Notes: generated by a model from the letters alone, not told the origin. A DNA stretch of 64,000 nucleotides from Lepidodermella squamata (GCA_047495785.1 JBLDXI010000012.1:1178001-1242000); one strand, 5' to 3'; shown: positions 30,125 to 45,463, numbered from the stretch's first letter. Numbers and translations are program-made.

Positions 30125-33100
30125 GCTCTTGATGTACAAGTTCCTATAAACAATATTGCTGCATATGACGCGCATATAATCTATAATACAGATTTGGGTA
30201 AATAAAAACAAAGCTACAAGGCAATTCTTACGTTTTTAACATGTACCTACGCTTTTGAGGGCGCGACTAAACACGTGCGGTGTGTCAACAGCATGTTGCG
30301 CCTAGCTGCGCGTGTCTTTTAAGGCAGCTACGTCGTTTTCTTGAAAAAAACCGAAGATTGTAATAGCGCCGCGCGAACTTGAGTTTGATCAAACACAGAC
30401 TAGTGCGCGGCCGGGCCGGGTTTTTTTACCGGTCGGAATATTTGCCTACTTTTATACTCCGTAATGGTAGTAGTAGCGCAAAAGGATGATGATGATGATC
30501 CTGCCAAGTTTTTTGCGTGTCTTTATATCGGTCATGATGCGCGCATAATTTTTGCCTTATGCGGGGTATATAACGAACAGATTTATTACTTACACTCGTC
30601 GCTAACGATTTTATTGCGCATGTCGCAATCGCGCGCGCTGACAATGCGCGCGGTCTCGTTTTTTTGTATTCCGGCGGGTCAGCGCGCCGGCTCTCGACTG
30701 GCGAAGACTCGAAGATGCACGGCGGGTACACCAGATTATCGGTATATAGTTTTACCTGTTTTCCGCTGAAAAATTTGTCTCAAGTGTCTTCTTTGATGCA
30801 TCTACAAAGTGTATAATAAAAAGTAATTATACACACAGCTTTTTTGGGCCTTAGTTATGAAAAAATTGATTGAGCTAACGAATTTCAACGTTTTTCATGA
30901 TTCTTCTTATCACTGTAGAAATGGTATAAAAAATATATTCATCCTACTCGATTTCTCAGAGAAATTTCTGATCGAATTCAATCGAATACGCGACTTTTGA
31001 TCGATGCTTTGAATTTTACCCTAATATAAATATCATTAATCTCTGTTTGTCCTATAACTAAGGTTCGTCTCAGTCGAGAAGCTGATGCATGTGATAATAA
31101 AACTTTTAAAAATCATCGATTAGGCCCAAAAGATATCTCCTTCGAATCGCGGATTTATTCAAGGACCTACTTACACAATAAATTATGCGAATTCCCTCAG
31201 CAAGAAAGCGATTTTAGGTACCACCATTTTGCTTTCGTGAAGAAGCACCGCCGCGCTTTCAACTGTGGAAACTTAAGTCGCAAATGAAGCTGTAAGATTT
31301 CTTTCTCCGAATTTAGCTTGTTCGAGAAATTTAAAATATTGCCTGAAAATTTTAGTTATTATCACATCCATTAATAGGCTAATTTTCCCCAATTGGAAAT
31401 TGCTGTACAGTTAAAGAATAAAATTATAAAATTATCCTATATATCCCTTCTCATCGAGAGCTTTTTAGCTTTTGAAATCACACCTGCCAATATCATACGA
31501 TTTTTTTTATGATAATGATATTAACATCATTTTCGCGCTTTTAATTGTCTGTTATTGTTGCTGCGTTTATTTTTTGTGACCTTAATTCTTGACCTGGATG
31601 AAATTTGATTTCGTAAACTGCCTTAAATTTTGATTGCTGGCATAATTTCGTTTTATAAGCTCTTATCGTCTGTATTTTCCGAAGAGATGAATTAGTAGTG
31701 GGATTATTTACCTTGGCTCACAAGTATAAATGGCCTCTAGCCTAATATCTAGCATCCCGTAACGCCTTATTCTCCTTTGATAATCGACAGGCGTGGAAAA
31801 CAATCATACAATAACTCATCTATAGCCTATAACACACGTTTTCCACGCCCAACTAATTTTTCGGCCATCAAAAAGTGAGCCATTTACTCTGTAGATATAA
31901 CCCGTGCCAAAATAATGGACCAGGTAATATAATGAGGCTAACATCATCTATAACACAGTACACGTATATAGGTAATATTTTGGCTGTAAATAAATAATAT
32001 AGATATGACAGCTTTTTATTATTAATAGCGGGATAATATTGACTAAGGATCAGTAGTAATGCGGCTTGTCTGCGCGTGGATTTTCGCCGGCTATATTAAT
32101 AGCAAAAATAATACCGGCTCATTATAAAATCAATTTTTCCTATATCGCAAATTTTCGCAATATTTTATTAGTTCTATCTGATTCTCAAAAGATGACACGC
32201 AAGTGCAGATCTTTATATCGTGATTATAACCGATTTAGGCCTCTGGTTACCCTTATTTGTAAGACTCATATTGATCTTCTGTTATACCTGGCTATTATAG
32301 TGGGATGTAATGAGGACGAAGAGTGGAAAATAACATGTTCGCCACAACAGTCTTGTTGCATTTTTATCGCATGCAATAGGCGATAAATAAAGTGTTATTA
32401 CCAGGCGCTAGCTAGCAATTAATTAAACGATGCTAGCTTTTTTCTGTTGTTTAGTACACAGCATGAGTCTGAGAGGTGGGAGGGGAAGGCGAAAAATACC
32501 GCAATTTAGCACTCGCGGCATTTTTTTATCTGGTCTCGGGTAAACTAGGATATTATATGTTACAACTGCGATAATGTATATCGATGAATAATCTTCTATT
32601 GTTTTTGTTGTTCTCATATAGGCGTAGGTCGTTTTTTACTATGATAATATTTCTTTTTCGGATGTTTGTAGTGTAACGCAGCCGCCGCCTTAAAAATGCG
32701 CCCACTGCATGCGACTTCATTTTGCACAATTTTTGCGATAACAGTCTCGTCGCCATCCGCCTACATTTTTTGGTGTAATTTAACCAGGCCTGTCCGGCCG
32801 AGGGAAAATGCCTGAAGTATTGCTATTTTTCCATAACAAACCGGCTAATTTGCTCGGCCTTTTCATACCTATTTAATTATATAGGGTTTTTTTCTGATTT
32901 GACAGCTAATTTGGCCGTTTCACACCTGCGATTATTTTCCCTATGCTCCGTTCGTCCCATTTAGCTATTCAAGTGCAGATGATTAGGTATTTGGGATTTT
33001 ACCCACTTAATAATGTCCATTTACATTATTCTCCGTAAATATTACCGAGCAATTAACCACGTCTATTATGAAAATTGTTAGTATTTTTCTAATTGATTTT

Positions 33101-33546
33101 TTAATCAGTTTGAAGTGTTGGAATTATGAAGATTTTCTTGAATTATTTAACTGTGTAAAAGCTTAACAGCTCATTTTTCAATCCCTTTATCTCCTAAACT
33201 ACTCATTTTCCATTCCTTAAGCCCGCAGTTTGGTCATTTCCTAAATATTTTATATATTTTACGGAAAAAAGCTGAGCAAACATTCGGCTGATTAGTCATA
33301 TAAATTTCGCATGAATATTGTCGTAAAAAATATACATCGAAAATTCCAGTCTTTTATAGTCACCTTTGTGGTAGCAATCCAGCTCAATTTTTTTAATTGT
33401 TCAGAAACCATTTTAGAGTTGAATTTCCCGTTTTAATTCTCATCGTTAGTTTTTAGGCATTAAAATAAGGTTTATTTGTAGCCCTAATCAAAAATGTTTG
33501 CCGTTTTATTTATATAGGAAAATTGGTGGCTAGTATAGATAATTAA

Positions 33547-36451
33547 ATGTCAGAGTCGGTTGTTGTCATATCCGGGAAACCGGCGACGACGGATTACGCC
33601 GCCGGGGTTCGACCGATCGATCTAAACAACCGCGATCCGCTCACCATTCACGACCCTTCTACATTCAAGGTATGAGATGAGCAATGAAATTACTTTTGAA
33701 GAAATTCGAAACCTGAAAAACAGATGAAGGGCGCGTTTTATTATTCTCGTTTTGTGTATATGTTCAAACTCGATGGAGATGATTTCGGGGTCGAATATCA
33801 TCGCCGACGCGCTAGATAATGGCCGATAACTGGCCTTATGACGTGCATGTAGCGTCTTATATTGATCGGCGCGACTTGAGTTCGATATATTAAATCGTGC
33901 TCGGCTCAGGAAGAAAAAGCCGCGCGCAGCAGATCATCCTCTGCTATATATTTTGCGACTAATTTCATCATCCCTCGAATTATTTTCCCACGTCATCAAA
34001 TAGAACTGAGGCTCATTACCATTTTTTGCGGCGAAAAAAAAATTGCACGGAGAATTTTAACTGAATATATGCCGCAATTTTGTAGCTCGTCTCGTAAAAA
34101 TTAAGGAAATTATCGTTTTTAATAACAATTTTTCGAAAATTTATTAAAATTTCGTTGTCTATTCGTTATTATTATTTACCCCGGCAAAATTGTGCACTCA
34201 AGCCCGGGCGGTGATTATATGCTAGATAGCCCATCATCGCCACAACCGGCGCCTTTATTTACGCTTCACGCTACTGTCGAAGAGCTACACGAAAACGATC
34301 AACAAGTCTATCTAAGCGGCCGAGCTGGCCAGCAGAGCAGTTCTGGGACCAAAAGTAAACCAAATCGTAGCAATAGATCGAACACGGCGGCTAAACGCTA
34401 CCAAATGACAGCTGTTGGCCCGACTAACGACAACTCGTTGGCCATGGCAGCCGCTCATTACGAGGCATCGGCCAAAAATTCGAATGGAGAAGACACTAAT
34501 AAATTACCTGTTGTTATCGAAGAAACAAGCCTGCCGTCTTCGTCTGCTACGTCACCGTACGCTGTTGCGAAATCGGGCCAACACGGCCCGCCAGCTTATT
34601 CAACCCAGCAGGCCAAGGATACTAGAGACCCGCCCCTGCCAAATAGAGCGTATCGGACTGGGGATTCTGCGAATAGTGCGGGTATTGACGATCCGGCTCA
34701 TAGCATATCGGCTTCGATAACTAATCTAGGGGTCAATTATATAGCCGGGGATAATAACAACAGACCGTCACGATCGCGCTACGACGGCCGATATGACACC
34801 AATATTCGCGATCCTGTTCCTATGAATCACGTTCTTTCAGTAATTACAGAAAAATTTGCATAAAATTAATTAATTTAGGAAAAATATTATTTTTAATTAC
34901 ATTTCAAATTCGTTTTTTCCTCTATTAACAGGTTGCTTTCGAAGAGATTTTCGCTGAGCCTCACCCTGGTGTCTATTCGTTCGATTGGGTATGGAAGGTA
35001 AGAACAGGAATCGATCGCCGATTGCTAGATGATTTTTCGATTTTTCGATTTTTTAGGCCTCGTTCACAATTTTCAACTTTATGCGGCTATGGACCTATCG
35101 CATTCTCTCGATTTGCGGCATTATCAGCGCGTGTTGTTACGGCTGCGAATTCGGCTACACAGCTTGCTGTATTATCTGGTGCTACACGCCATGCCTTAAG
35201 TTGTGGGTCCTACAAATGGGTCTGGTCAAACAGGTACGCAAATTTTCGCAAATTTTCCAATTGTTACCCACCCAGATTGCCCGTCGAAAAAAACCACCGA
35301 TTATGGAATTAGCCTTTCATTTTTTAGTTTGCCCCGTAGAACCCTAATTTTGAAGTGATTGATTTGCCAACTGACCTATACCCTAATATAATAATACTTT
35401 GAACTCACCTTTTACTACCCCAACTTCAGTTGCTATGAATTTCTCTGTTTATTATTGTTTTCTTTTGTTCTTTCACCACAAACAAATTCGATGCCTGCGA
35501 TGACAGATGTTAGCCGTATGCATCGATGTGTGTCTAAGACCGTTTATCAATGTCTGGTCATATTTCTTTTACAACATTCGCGTTACAATCGTTCGCGGTG
35601 GTGGCGGCGGCGATATGGCATGATGAGTTATTATGAGCAAGGCGACGAACGGGAATGGACGGCAATAATGATGATAAACACAGATAATAACCGTCGTAGC
35701 ATAGCGTTTTTGTTCTGGTTTTTTTACCGCACACTGCTTATAATTTAGAAGGACAAACCACCTTAAGCTTTATTAGCCTTATAATTATTATCGCCGAAAA
35801 AATGCGCGCAAATGCTTTTCAACTACCGCATTGATTTTTCCAACATTCTTTGGCTTCCTTTTATCACACTATACGAGATTTTCTACTTCATAGTCACTTT
35901 CTGTATACCTGTGTGTGCTGACATTGATTTGTTTTATTTTTCGGCGATTCAACCGGCTATCGTAATAGCTGGCTTTGAAAGGCAGAAGCAAATAATGATG
36001 ATGACAAACGGTGCCCAATGTACATGTATTCGACATTGATTATATTTACAGAGAAAATATAATTAATATTATAATTTATTTTGTGTATTATCAATGTCAT
36101 GATCGCTTGAAAAATCGCTTGCTTGTATAATGAGCGACATGAAGTTACGAAAAAACCAAAAAGGAAAGCAATAAAGAGCAGTTTTTGCTACGAAATTTTC
36201 GAGTTTTGTGCAAGTTGAACGGCGGTAAGTTCAAGAACCTGATCCAACCACATCCCATCAAACAATGTTGTCCACTTAATTTATTAATTTCGCTTATTAG
36301 CTAATTTTCTGAATTTTTTTTCCAGATTATTGTCGTCTGCATAGAGACGTGTATTTCACCGTTTATACACGCAATATCGATGCTGCTTTGGAATATTCGA
36401 GTAACCGTCGTGAGAAGCGCGAATCCTGCCGACTTTTCGTCCATCGCTTAA
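33547..36451 (+). CDS. Divergent caveolin with apparent alternative first exons (33547-33669; 34219-34839), shared exons (34932-34997, 35057-35233) and alternative last exons (35507-35623; 36326-36451)
   Basis: Exon 1a ends DLNNRDPLTIHDPSTFK|gt and exon 1b ends DTNIRDPVPMNHVLS|gt. The shared core reads VAFEEIFAEPHPGVYSFDWVWK|ASF...WTYRILS...IWCYTPC. The two terminal exons are MLAVCIDVCLRP...YNIRVTIV...* and IIVVCIETCISP...WNIRVTVV...*. All junctions are phase 0. Confidence 0.85.
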
Positions 36452-37655
36452 CGAAACCTCAAGATATTTTCTTCCTAAAAATATAAATGTTTGCTATATC
36501 GTCCCGCGGAAACACTCGCTGTTATGATCTGTCCAAAATATTTTGTAAACAACGAAAAATATTAATAACCGGCTAACATTAACATTTGTACGCTTGTTTT
36601 ATGAATTATGAATAATATTATGGTGCCAAGTTTTGAAGGCGAGAAATAAAGTGAACAATATTTTTTCTTATTATCTAAAAACTGCGTGTGAAAAATTGAG
36701 AGTTTACCGAGTGCACACCCTAAATACATATGTGGCTCCAGACTATATTTGAGGGTCCAGCTCTAGATTTTCTCAAAATTTGGTTTTATCGATTTATTTC
36801 GATTTTAAGTATCGATTGGAACAAATCAGTGATTTTCCGATACCAAATATCGCACATCAATTTTGCCAATACTTCTCTCACCCGTCGGCCTACTTTCGAT
36901 TTTTGAGAAAAAATTCCCGAAATGCCAGAAAATAATCGGTCACCCAAGGTACTAGCTTCCGAATTCGCTTTTCCGAAGTCGATTCGATTATCGATTTGTG
37001 ATTTTGGAGGCTCGAAAACTGAAATCACCCCTCTGTATCTGCTCACGCAGGTGGAACCTTGGCAACTTTATTTTACATGAAAATGAAGGTAGAGCTAGGA
37101 TTTGTTCAGGTAGAACGGCCGATTATAAATGGTCCAAGTCCTGGTGGCTGGACGGCAAAAAAGAGTGGTTTTCGTTGTCTTTGAAAGACTAGAGGCAGTC
37201 GGATTTCGTCGTCTGATTCTTCAGAGTTTTTTTGACAGTTTCGGCGGACAACATTTTACTCCTATTTATACGGTAATACGGGAATTTTTCGATACAAATA
37301 ATAACATAGCCATTGCCGATGAGTTCATTGTCTTTACTTATATCAAACTTTCGTTAAAACAGGGGTTGATCCATGTTGAGTAGGAACTTTGATTCAAGCT
37401 AAATAAAGTCACCAGTATTAATTCTCTTCAACGTAGTTCAATTCTTCACACACAAATAACAGAGCATGCAAAAAGGCAAACATGGTGCCGCCGGTAAAGA
37501 CGCAGATCTTTATCAGTGGCTGGATCTAGATATGGTGCATGAGAGATCATCACATCATGACAAGTAAGAAGGAAAAGTGTAGCAAGTTGATTTGGTCTAT
37601 GTTTTAATAAGATTATAGTGTCCGTTTTGATAGAGGGTTGGATGGTTGTCGCGAA

Positions 37656-39537
<1,882 letters not shown>

Positions 39538-41025
39538 GTTGGACGATGAAGGAAAAAACCTTATGTAAAGTGTGCGCTATTCAAGATGAAAATTCGAATA
39601 ATGATGATAGCGTGGTTTAAATGAGGCCGTTCAAAGCAATAAAATCTCAATGCCCATAAAAGGTCATGTCAAAAAAGTAGAGAAGCACGCGCTAACACAT
39701 TTCTCGCACGTGCCAACGTGCTACAAACGGCCAAAATTGAAAATGGCGATTTTTTTAGAAATTAAGACCTTTCGAATGCCTAACCCAGGGGGGTAGAGTG
39801 AAAAAGCAGCATGAAGTGGAAAATGCGAAACGAGCTTCTCATCATTTTGACCACTCTTCATAGCCTTTCATCGAACTGAGGTTGAAATAAACTGTTTTCA
39901 GTTTTGGCACCGCCGATTTTGAAAATCAAGTCGCCGAGAGAAGATGAGAAACGATTTGAGCATAAATGATTCAGAGTCATACATGACAGAGGTGGTAATC
40001 GATTAAAAAATCAATAAATTAAAGGGAAAACTGCAAATAAAGCTTTTGAATGCCCGACGTTAAAACATTTTGCTGTTTGTTCGTTGGCCTGGGTTGTTTT
40101 TCGAAAAAACTCTTGCGAAATGAATGAATCCGTTCAGCAAATATGGCATGACTCTTCATATCAAATGTAGTTGCGGGATGCAAACTAGCAAAAGCATTTT
40201 ACGTTCTGACACGTTTTACGACAAATCCTACAAAAAATGCTACTGCTTTCCTTGCGGACGGTCTAAAATAAGGTTTATAAGGCAGGCAGATCGTAGAATT
40301 TGAATATAACTGATTACAAAAACCATGGATACAAGCAGGCAAAGATGATTGAACCTTCAAATTAACTTGATAGGTAGTTACTAAAAGGTTCTAATAGATA
40401 GTTTGAAAGAAAGCCGACGTTATATATGTCAGGTCTACAGCTGAAAACAAGGTCGCGCAATGAAACTATTTGTTGCCGAAGCGATATATTTGGTGTTGAG
40501 TGTCAGATGTTGTCATTTGAATCAGGTGTCAAATGCTGTCTTTTCATTGTGAGTGTCAAAAATTGTCGTTTGACAATGCCAGATGTCGTTTGCATTTGGC
40601 GCCGCAGCGAGCGCGCGTGGCTAGCGGCGGACGAATATCGGCTTCGGCAACAATTAGTTTTACCGGAAACTCTGAATTTTACCCAGCAACCTGATTTTAA
40701 TTTCAGAATTAATATTATTAATTTATTATCACATATTTTTTTTAATGTTTCTACCAGCAACTGCTCACCGGTTGAATTAAACCGACATTATTAGTGACGA
40801 GGTAAACGAAGGTGCGAACTGAAAGCTGCATGACACATTCGTTCACCTCATAAGCGGTTCCGTTCGGTTCAGCTAATCTGATTCAGCAAAATGATGGAAA
40901 AAAAATAATAAAGAGAATCTTCCCATTATATAGCTTGGGGAATCGAACCACCGCCCCATGTATTCCTAATAAGCAAATGACTCAGTGGTTAGATTCTATT
41001 ACCTTTGAGCTCTCCCAAATAAATA

Positions 41026-41588
41026 CCGTATTTCTCGAAAATTTACCGCGGGCTATATTTATGAACAAATGATTTTTGATTCGGGTTGTATTAGGGAGTG
41101 GGGATATATACGGGTGTGCTGTTTAATTGCGAATCATCACAAAAAGCCGCGAGCAATTCGTATTAAGACGACGTTTTTAGATTGTTTTATTTGTCGATTC
41201 AGTGAAAAAGTGAAAAAGTTAACAATTTTTTGATCAACCAACAAAATCAATTATCAATAAAAAAAAAGTCAGGTTCACTTTCGTCATCGTTGAAATCATC
41301 CAGGCTGATGACTTGATCGAACGTGTCGTTTGATGCCATCTTCGAAGCCAGTAGCTCTCGGCCAGCAGCGCACGGCTTTCCATCCTTGAAGCGATAGCTA
41401 ATCACTGATTACGATAATGCGTCATTAATAAGGCTTTTCTTTTGTTCCAACGCATGCTTCGCCCAAATTAAAATAGCTGTGGTACAATTTCGAGGCCTGG
41501 GTTAAATATGAACAAACGATTTTTTCGTCGGGTTGTATTAGGGAGCGGGGATATATACAGGTGTGTCGTATATTTTCGAGAAATACGG
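41026..41588. mobile_element. Tc2/pogo-like (Tc1/mariner superfamily) non-autonomous element
   Basis: Perfect 17-bp TIRs (CCGTATTTCTCGAAAAT ... ATTTTCGAGAAATACGG) with TA on both sides. A subterminal direct repeat of about 55 bp (atgaacaaa.gattttt...tcgggttgtattagggag.ggggatatatac.ggtgtg) sits near both ends. Confidence 0.85.
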
Positions 41589-42106
41589 TATTTCTAAGCT
41601 AGTTTGGAAATTTGTTAATGACCTGTTGGTACTTGCAAGTAGAAATATGGGGAGAAATATGAGCATATGACTTATGAACCGTAGGGTCGGTTCCAGATGG
41701 GCCAAAAAGCGGCGAAAGTAGAAAGTTTCGCAGCGCGATTTCTGGTCCTGGTCTTAGTTCGGCTAGGTTCACCTCTTTGCTGGTTGGCTCTTATTTGTCC
41801 GCTTCCATTCACGTAGCAGTTTTCTAGTTCATGCCAGTTCTCCTTGTGCCTAAAAGTTCATCTCCGTTCATCATGACTACTAGCCGCTCATCAGATTCGT
41901 GCCCAGAATGTTGAACATACTTATTTAACATTTCGTAATCGGGAAAATATTGGTAAAAAATGGCCAAATGTTCATTAAAAAGCTTTTTTATCCTCCAAAT
42001 TTATTTTATTCGGCCTCATTCAACAGGATAACTCACAACTCACAATTCCAGAGAAAAAACTTTCTCCACATCCCGCCTTTCACGTCTGCATCCCATAGCG
42101 ATCGAT

Positions 42107-42797
42107 CTAGGGTTTGTAAAAGTAGATGTCACCAGGAGCAGGCATGGCAATTTTAGGTTCTTCACATTGGCGGTAGAATATGCAGTGCCCCGAGCTTTTT
42201 TTGGCAATGCCACGGCAACCCTTTATGAGCGTGTGGCAAAAAAAAGCGCAATCTGCGATCGTGTTAAAATCTGACGCTATGCCCATCGGGCCTGTGCACT
42301 TGTAGTCGACCGGCCATAATCGATTAACGTCTGAAAATAAGGGAAACTCGTCATCATGATAAATCGAGGACTTGATATTCCAGAAACGAATTTCCGTCTG
42401 GAAATTATTCAATGATATTCCGGTGAACTTACTTTCATTCTTCTCATAGACTTGAAAACCCTTAGGCACTTCGGCAGTCTTGTTAGTGCAGTTAGCGCCC
42501 CACAGGCTCAATTGGCAAGTTTTCGTCGCATTGTTGTGGGCAAATGCGATGCATGATCTGTTCAGCAGGCATGACTTCTCACATTCGGCGAAAGGCTGTT
42601 CGAGCGTTGAATAGACACTATCGCATGAGTATTTTAATCGTATGAAATTGGGCTTGCTTGGCAAACCAATCTTGTCCATGTTGCTTAAAGCAGCATCTGT
42701 TACACAGGTAAATCGTGCGTAACGCACCTTACAAGAAATACGCTCACTCACCAACCGCAACAACGAAACCTAACAGAAAAGCAAGCTTTGAAAACAT
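42107..42797 (-). CDS. Secreted PAN/apple-domain protein (two PAN-like modules)
   Basis: Signal exon MFSKLAFLLGFVVAV|gtgagt. Then ECEKSCLLNRSCIAFAHNNATKTCQL and IADCAFFCHTLIKGCRGIAKKSSGHCIFY (CxxxC...C...C pattern). Confidence 0.7.
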
Positions 42798-43699
42798 TTT
42801 CAACTAATTTTTCAAGAAAGCTGAGAGATATGCGAAATAGCTCGGGCAAACCGAGTTTTTATAAGCTTTTCGATTCTTCTCCGCGTTGCCACGTCAGCTT
42901 TTTACCCAATGCGATGTGTGCTAGTTATCCAGCTGGTTCGGCTTCTTCCACCTTGCACACACGCCGGTAGTGCTGCCTTGACGTCAATGGTATTACCGAC
43001 AGCGCCAATTTGACGCCAAGCGCCTTCGTTGTGCATCAATGCGTCGCTGGTATAATATCTGATGACGCACGTCATCTAGAAAAATCCTGAAGCTGACCCA
43101 ATTTTTTTATGTCGAATATTTTATTTCGATTATTTCTAAATATTTTATTTCGAATACAGCTATAAGTTGAAAGTAGCTCCCAAGTTCGTGTTCGTTTTGT
43201 TTTGCAGTGGCCGGACTGCAGTGGCAAGTTTATTATTAATCGACCAATAGCGTGCGAGCAGTTAATTTTCAACTGGCCTTTTTGGCCGGAGGAAACCACC
43301 TGGCTGTGCGACATAACAGCAGGAACACTGTGCACCTTTTGTGCACCTTTTCGCTGTTTTGTCGCGAAATAAAAAATTTGCTGTTTTGTCGCCGTACCAG
43401 AAACCCACCGCGGCAACCGCTTGCCGACTGAAAAAATGCCTCTTTTATTTAGTGGTGAGACCTACTCACCCTATTTTGTTCCTAGAATTGGGCTGGCAGA
43501 CCAAGCATCGGGAGTTGAAATTGAAAACGAAGTTAAGAATTCAGCGCTTCTCGAAAAACAGGAAATATCTCAAGAAATCGAGAACCAGATCTAAAGCGTG
43601 GTAACTTGGGTTCATTTTTGAATGAAAAATATTCTCTACAATAAATCATAATTAAATTTTCCCCTAATAATTGAATTAGTCGAGATTTGCGTCGTATGG

Positions 43700-43782
43700 G
43701 CAATATTGATGCGAATTTCAAATATTTGGGTAACTGCCATGAAAAATCGCGAATCCTAACCGACCTTTTGTCCATCGCTTAA
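43700..43782 (+). pseudogene. Decayed copy of the caveolin terminal exon at 36326-36451
   Basis: gcaatattgatgcgaatttcaaatatttgggtaactgccatgaaaaatcgcgaatcctaaccgaccttttgtccatcgcttaa aligns to gcaatatcgatgctgctttggaatattcgagtaaccgtcgtgagaagcgcgaatcctgccgacttttcgtccatcgcttaa, with frameshifting insertions. Confidence 0.7.
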
Positions 43783-44314
43783 TGAAAAGATAAGATAACA
43801 TTTTTCCGCGGTCTGATTTTTTCGTAAAAAGCGAAAAAAGCTGGAGCCAATAACTTCGCTTTATTTTTATTTTTAATTATAAATATCAGGTGTTGTGACT
43901 GATTTGTCATCACGAGAAAATAAATCAAAATAAACGGAACATTCAAAGACGAGAAACTAGAACGAGCAGTAATTATTTGCTGCCTAGCAATTATGAGTAA
44001 ACAAAAGTCTATGCATCACGCGACTGGGATCCGGAGCTCAACGCGGTCAGCCGTGTGATTGTAAAAATTGCGATGAAAATGACCAATAATATAATCAGCG
44101 TAAATGTATTGCAATGAGCTGGTGCCGGTCGGTGCGAACTTTTCGAAATTTTTATAATAAAAATCAAATACACCGGAGGGAGGAAAAATGCTGTCCTGTC
44201 AACGGTAACCAAGGAAACGATCGTTATTTATACACACATCGGAAAAATTGGCGGTATCGTTATTCGAATGATATTCCTACAAGAAATGTACATATATGAC
44301 CTCATTATAATCGA

Positions 44315-44877
44315 ATGTCTCGAGTAAGCCCTGAGCCTGGAGCTGATCAGAGTAGAAATTTTTTAGATCTGCAAGATCGCGATCCCAAAACAGTTCATGA
44401 TCCTCTGTTTTTCAAAGTTGGATTGAAGCACCAATTTTTGCCAATATAATTTTTGTTTATCAGGTAGCCTGGCCTGATATTTTTGCGGAGCCAGATCCTG
44501 GTGTTTATAGCTTTCCAAAAGTCTGGGCGGCATCATACGCAGTTTTCAACTTCTCGCGCCTATGGACCTATCGAATTTGTAGCGTTTTCGGCGTGCTATC
44601 GGCATGCTGTTTCGGCTTCGAATACGGCTGTACCGCCTGTTACACAATTTGGTGTTGCACTCCAGGTCTAAACGTTACACGGTTACAATGCTTTCCTGTG
44701 AAAATGGTATAAAAAATAATATCCTTCTTAATTTTTTATTAATCCAGTTTCTCTTTCAAGGGGCTAACAATTATTCTCGACTCGTGTCTTCAACCCTGCA
44801 TCAATGCTATTTCTTACTTATTTTATAACATCAGAGTGACTATAGTTAAAGGAGAGGCCAATAATGACGTCGTTTAA
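44315..44877 (+). CDS. Divergent caveolin paralog, 3 exons
   Basis: MSRVSPEP...LDLQDRDPKTVHDPLFFK|VAWPDIFAEPDPGVYSF...WTYRICS...GFEYG...IWCCTP...|...FYNIRVTIVKGEANNDVV*. Confidence 0.88.
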
Positions 44878-44924
44878 TCGAAAATAATTGCCAACATTTT
44901 AGAATTTTTTTTTAACACCCGAAA

Positions 44925-45463
44925 ATGTCGATGACTTTGAACATGGAGCACCGTGATCCGAAAAAGGTCTATGACCCAGAGACATTTCGAGTCGCGTGGG
45001 AAACCGTGTTCGCCGAGCCTGACCCGGGTGTTCACTCGTTATCACCGATCTGGAGTGCCGCCTATATCACCTTCGACTGGGTTCGACTTTGGACTTACCG
45101 AGTACTTTCTATTTTCGGCGTTGTAGCCGCGTGTTGTTGGGGGTTCGAATACGGCTGTACAGGTTAGTGATTTATTCAATTTTTTTCAACCATGTTAAGA
45201 TTTTTCTTAAAATATAGCTTGTTACACAATATGGTGTGTTACCCCGTTCTTCCGGCTCTGTCAAATGCGGTGTATTCCCGTTAAGGCTGTGAGATTTTTT
45301 ATAATTTTTATATATATTTTTCATAATTCGATATTTTTTCCCACAGTGCATCACAATTTGCCTGGATACATGTTACAGACCATGTATCAACGTGTTTTCC
45401 TACTTACTATGGAACATTCGCGTGACAACGGCCAAGCAAGAGGGCCCTACCCAGAATATATAG
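44925..45463 (+). CDS. Divergent caveolin paralog, 3 exons
   Basis: MSMTLNMEHRDPKKVYDPETFRVAWETVFAEPDPGVHS...WTYRVLS...GFEYGCT|ACYTIWCVTP...|...WNIRVTTAKQEGPTQNI*. Confidence 0.88.

Noticed and set aside
30240-33500. Gene-free region with CG-rich patches and short ORFs, possibly a transposon or Helitron end
   Set aside because: I found no convincing TIR, TSD or coding similarity by eye; probably regulatory DNA or old repeats.
36700-37140. Possible MITE between the caveolin and tubulin genes (partial inverted match around ccagctctag / tagagctagg)
   Set aside because: The inverted match is short and the boundaries cannot be defined.
40930-40995. tRNA-like boxes (ggggaatcgaacc; ctcagtggttaga)
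   Set aside because: The boxes are on opposite strands and no cloverleaf can be built; at most a decayed SINE fragment.
44009-44212. Short minus-strand ORF with a hydrophobic stretch
   Set aside because: No ATG in a good context and no homology; hydrophobic runs arise easily in AT-rich DNA.
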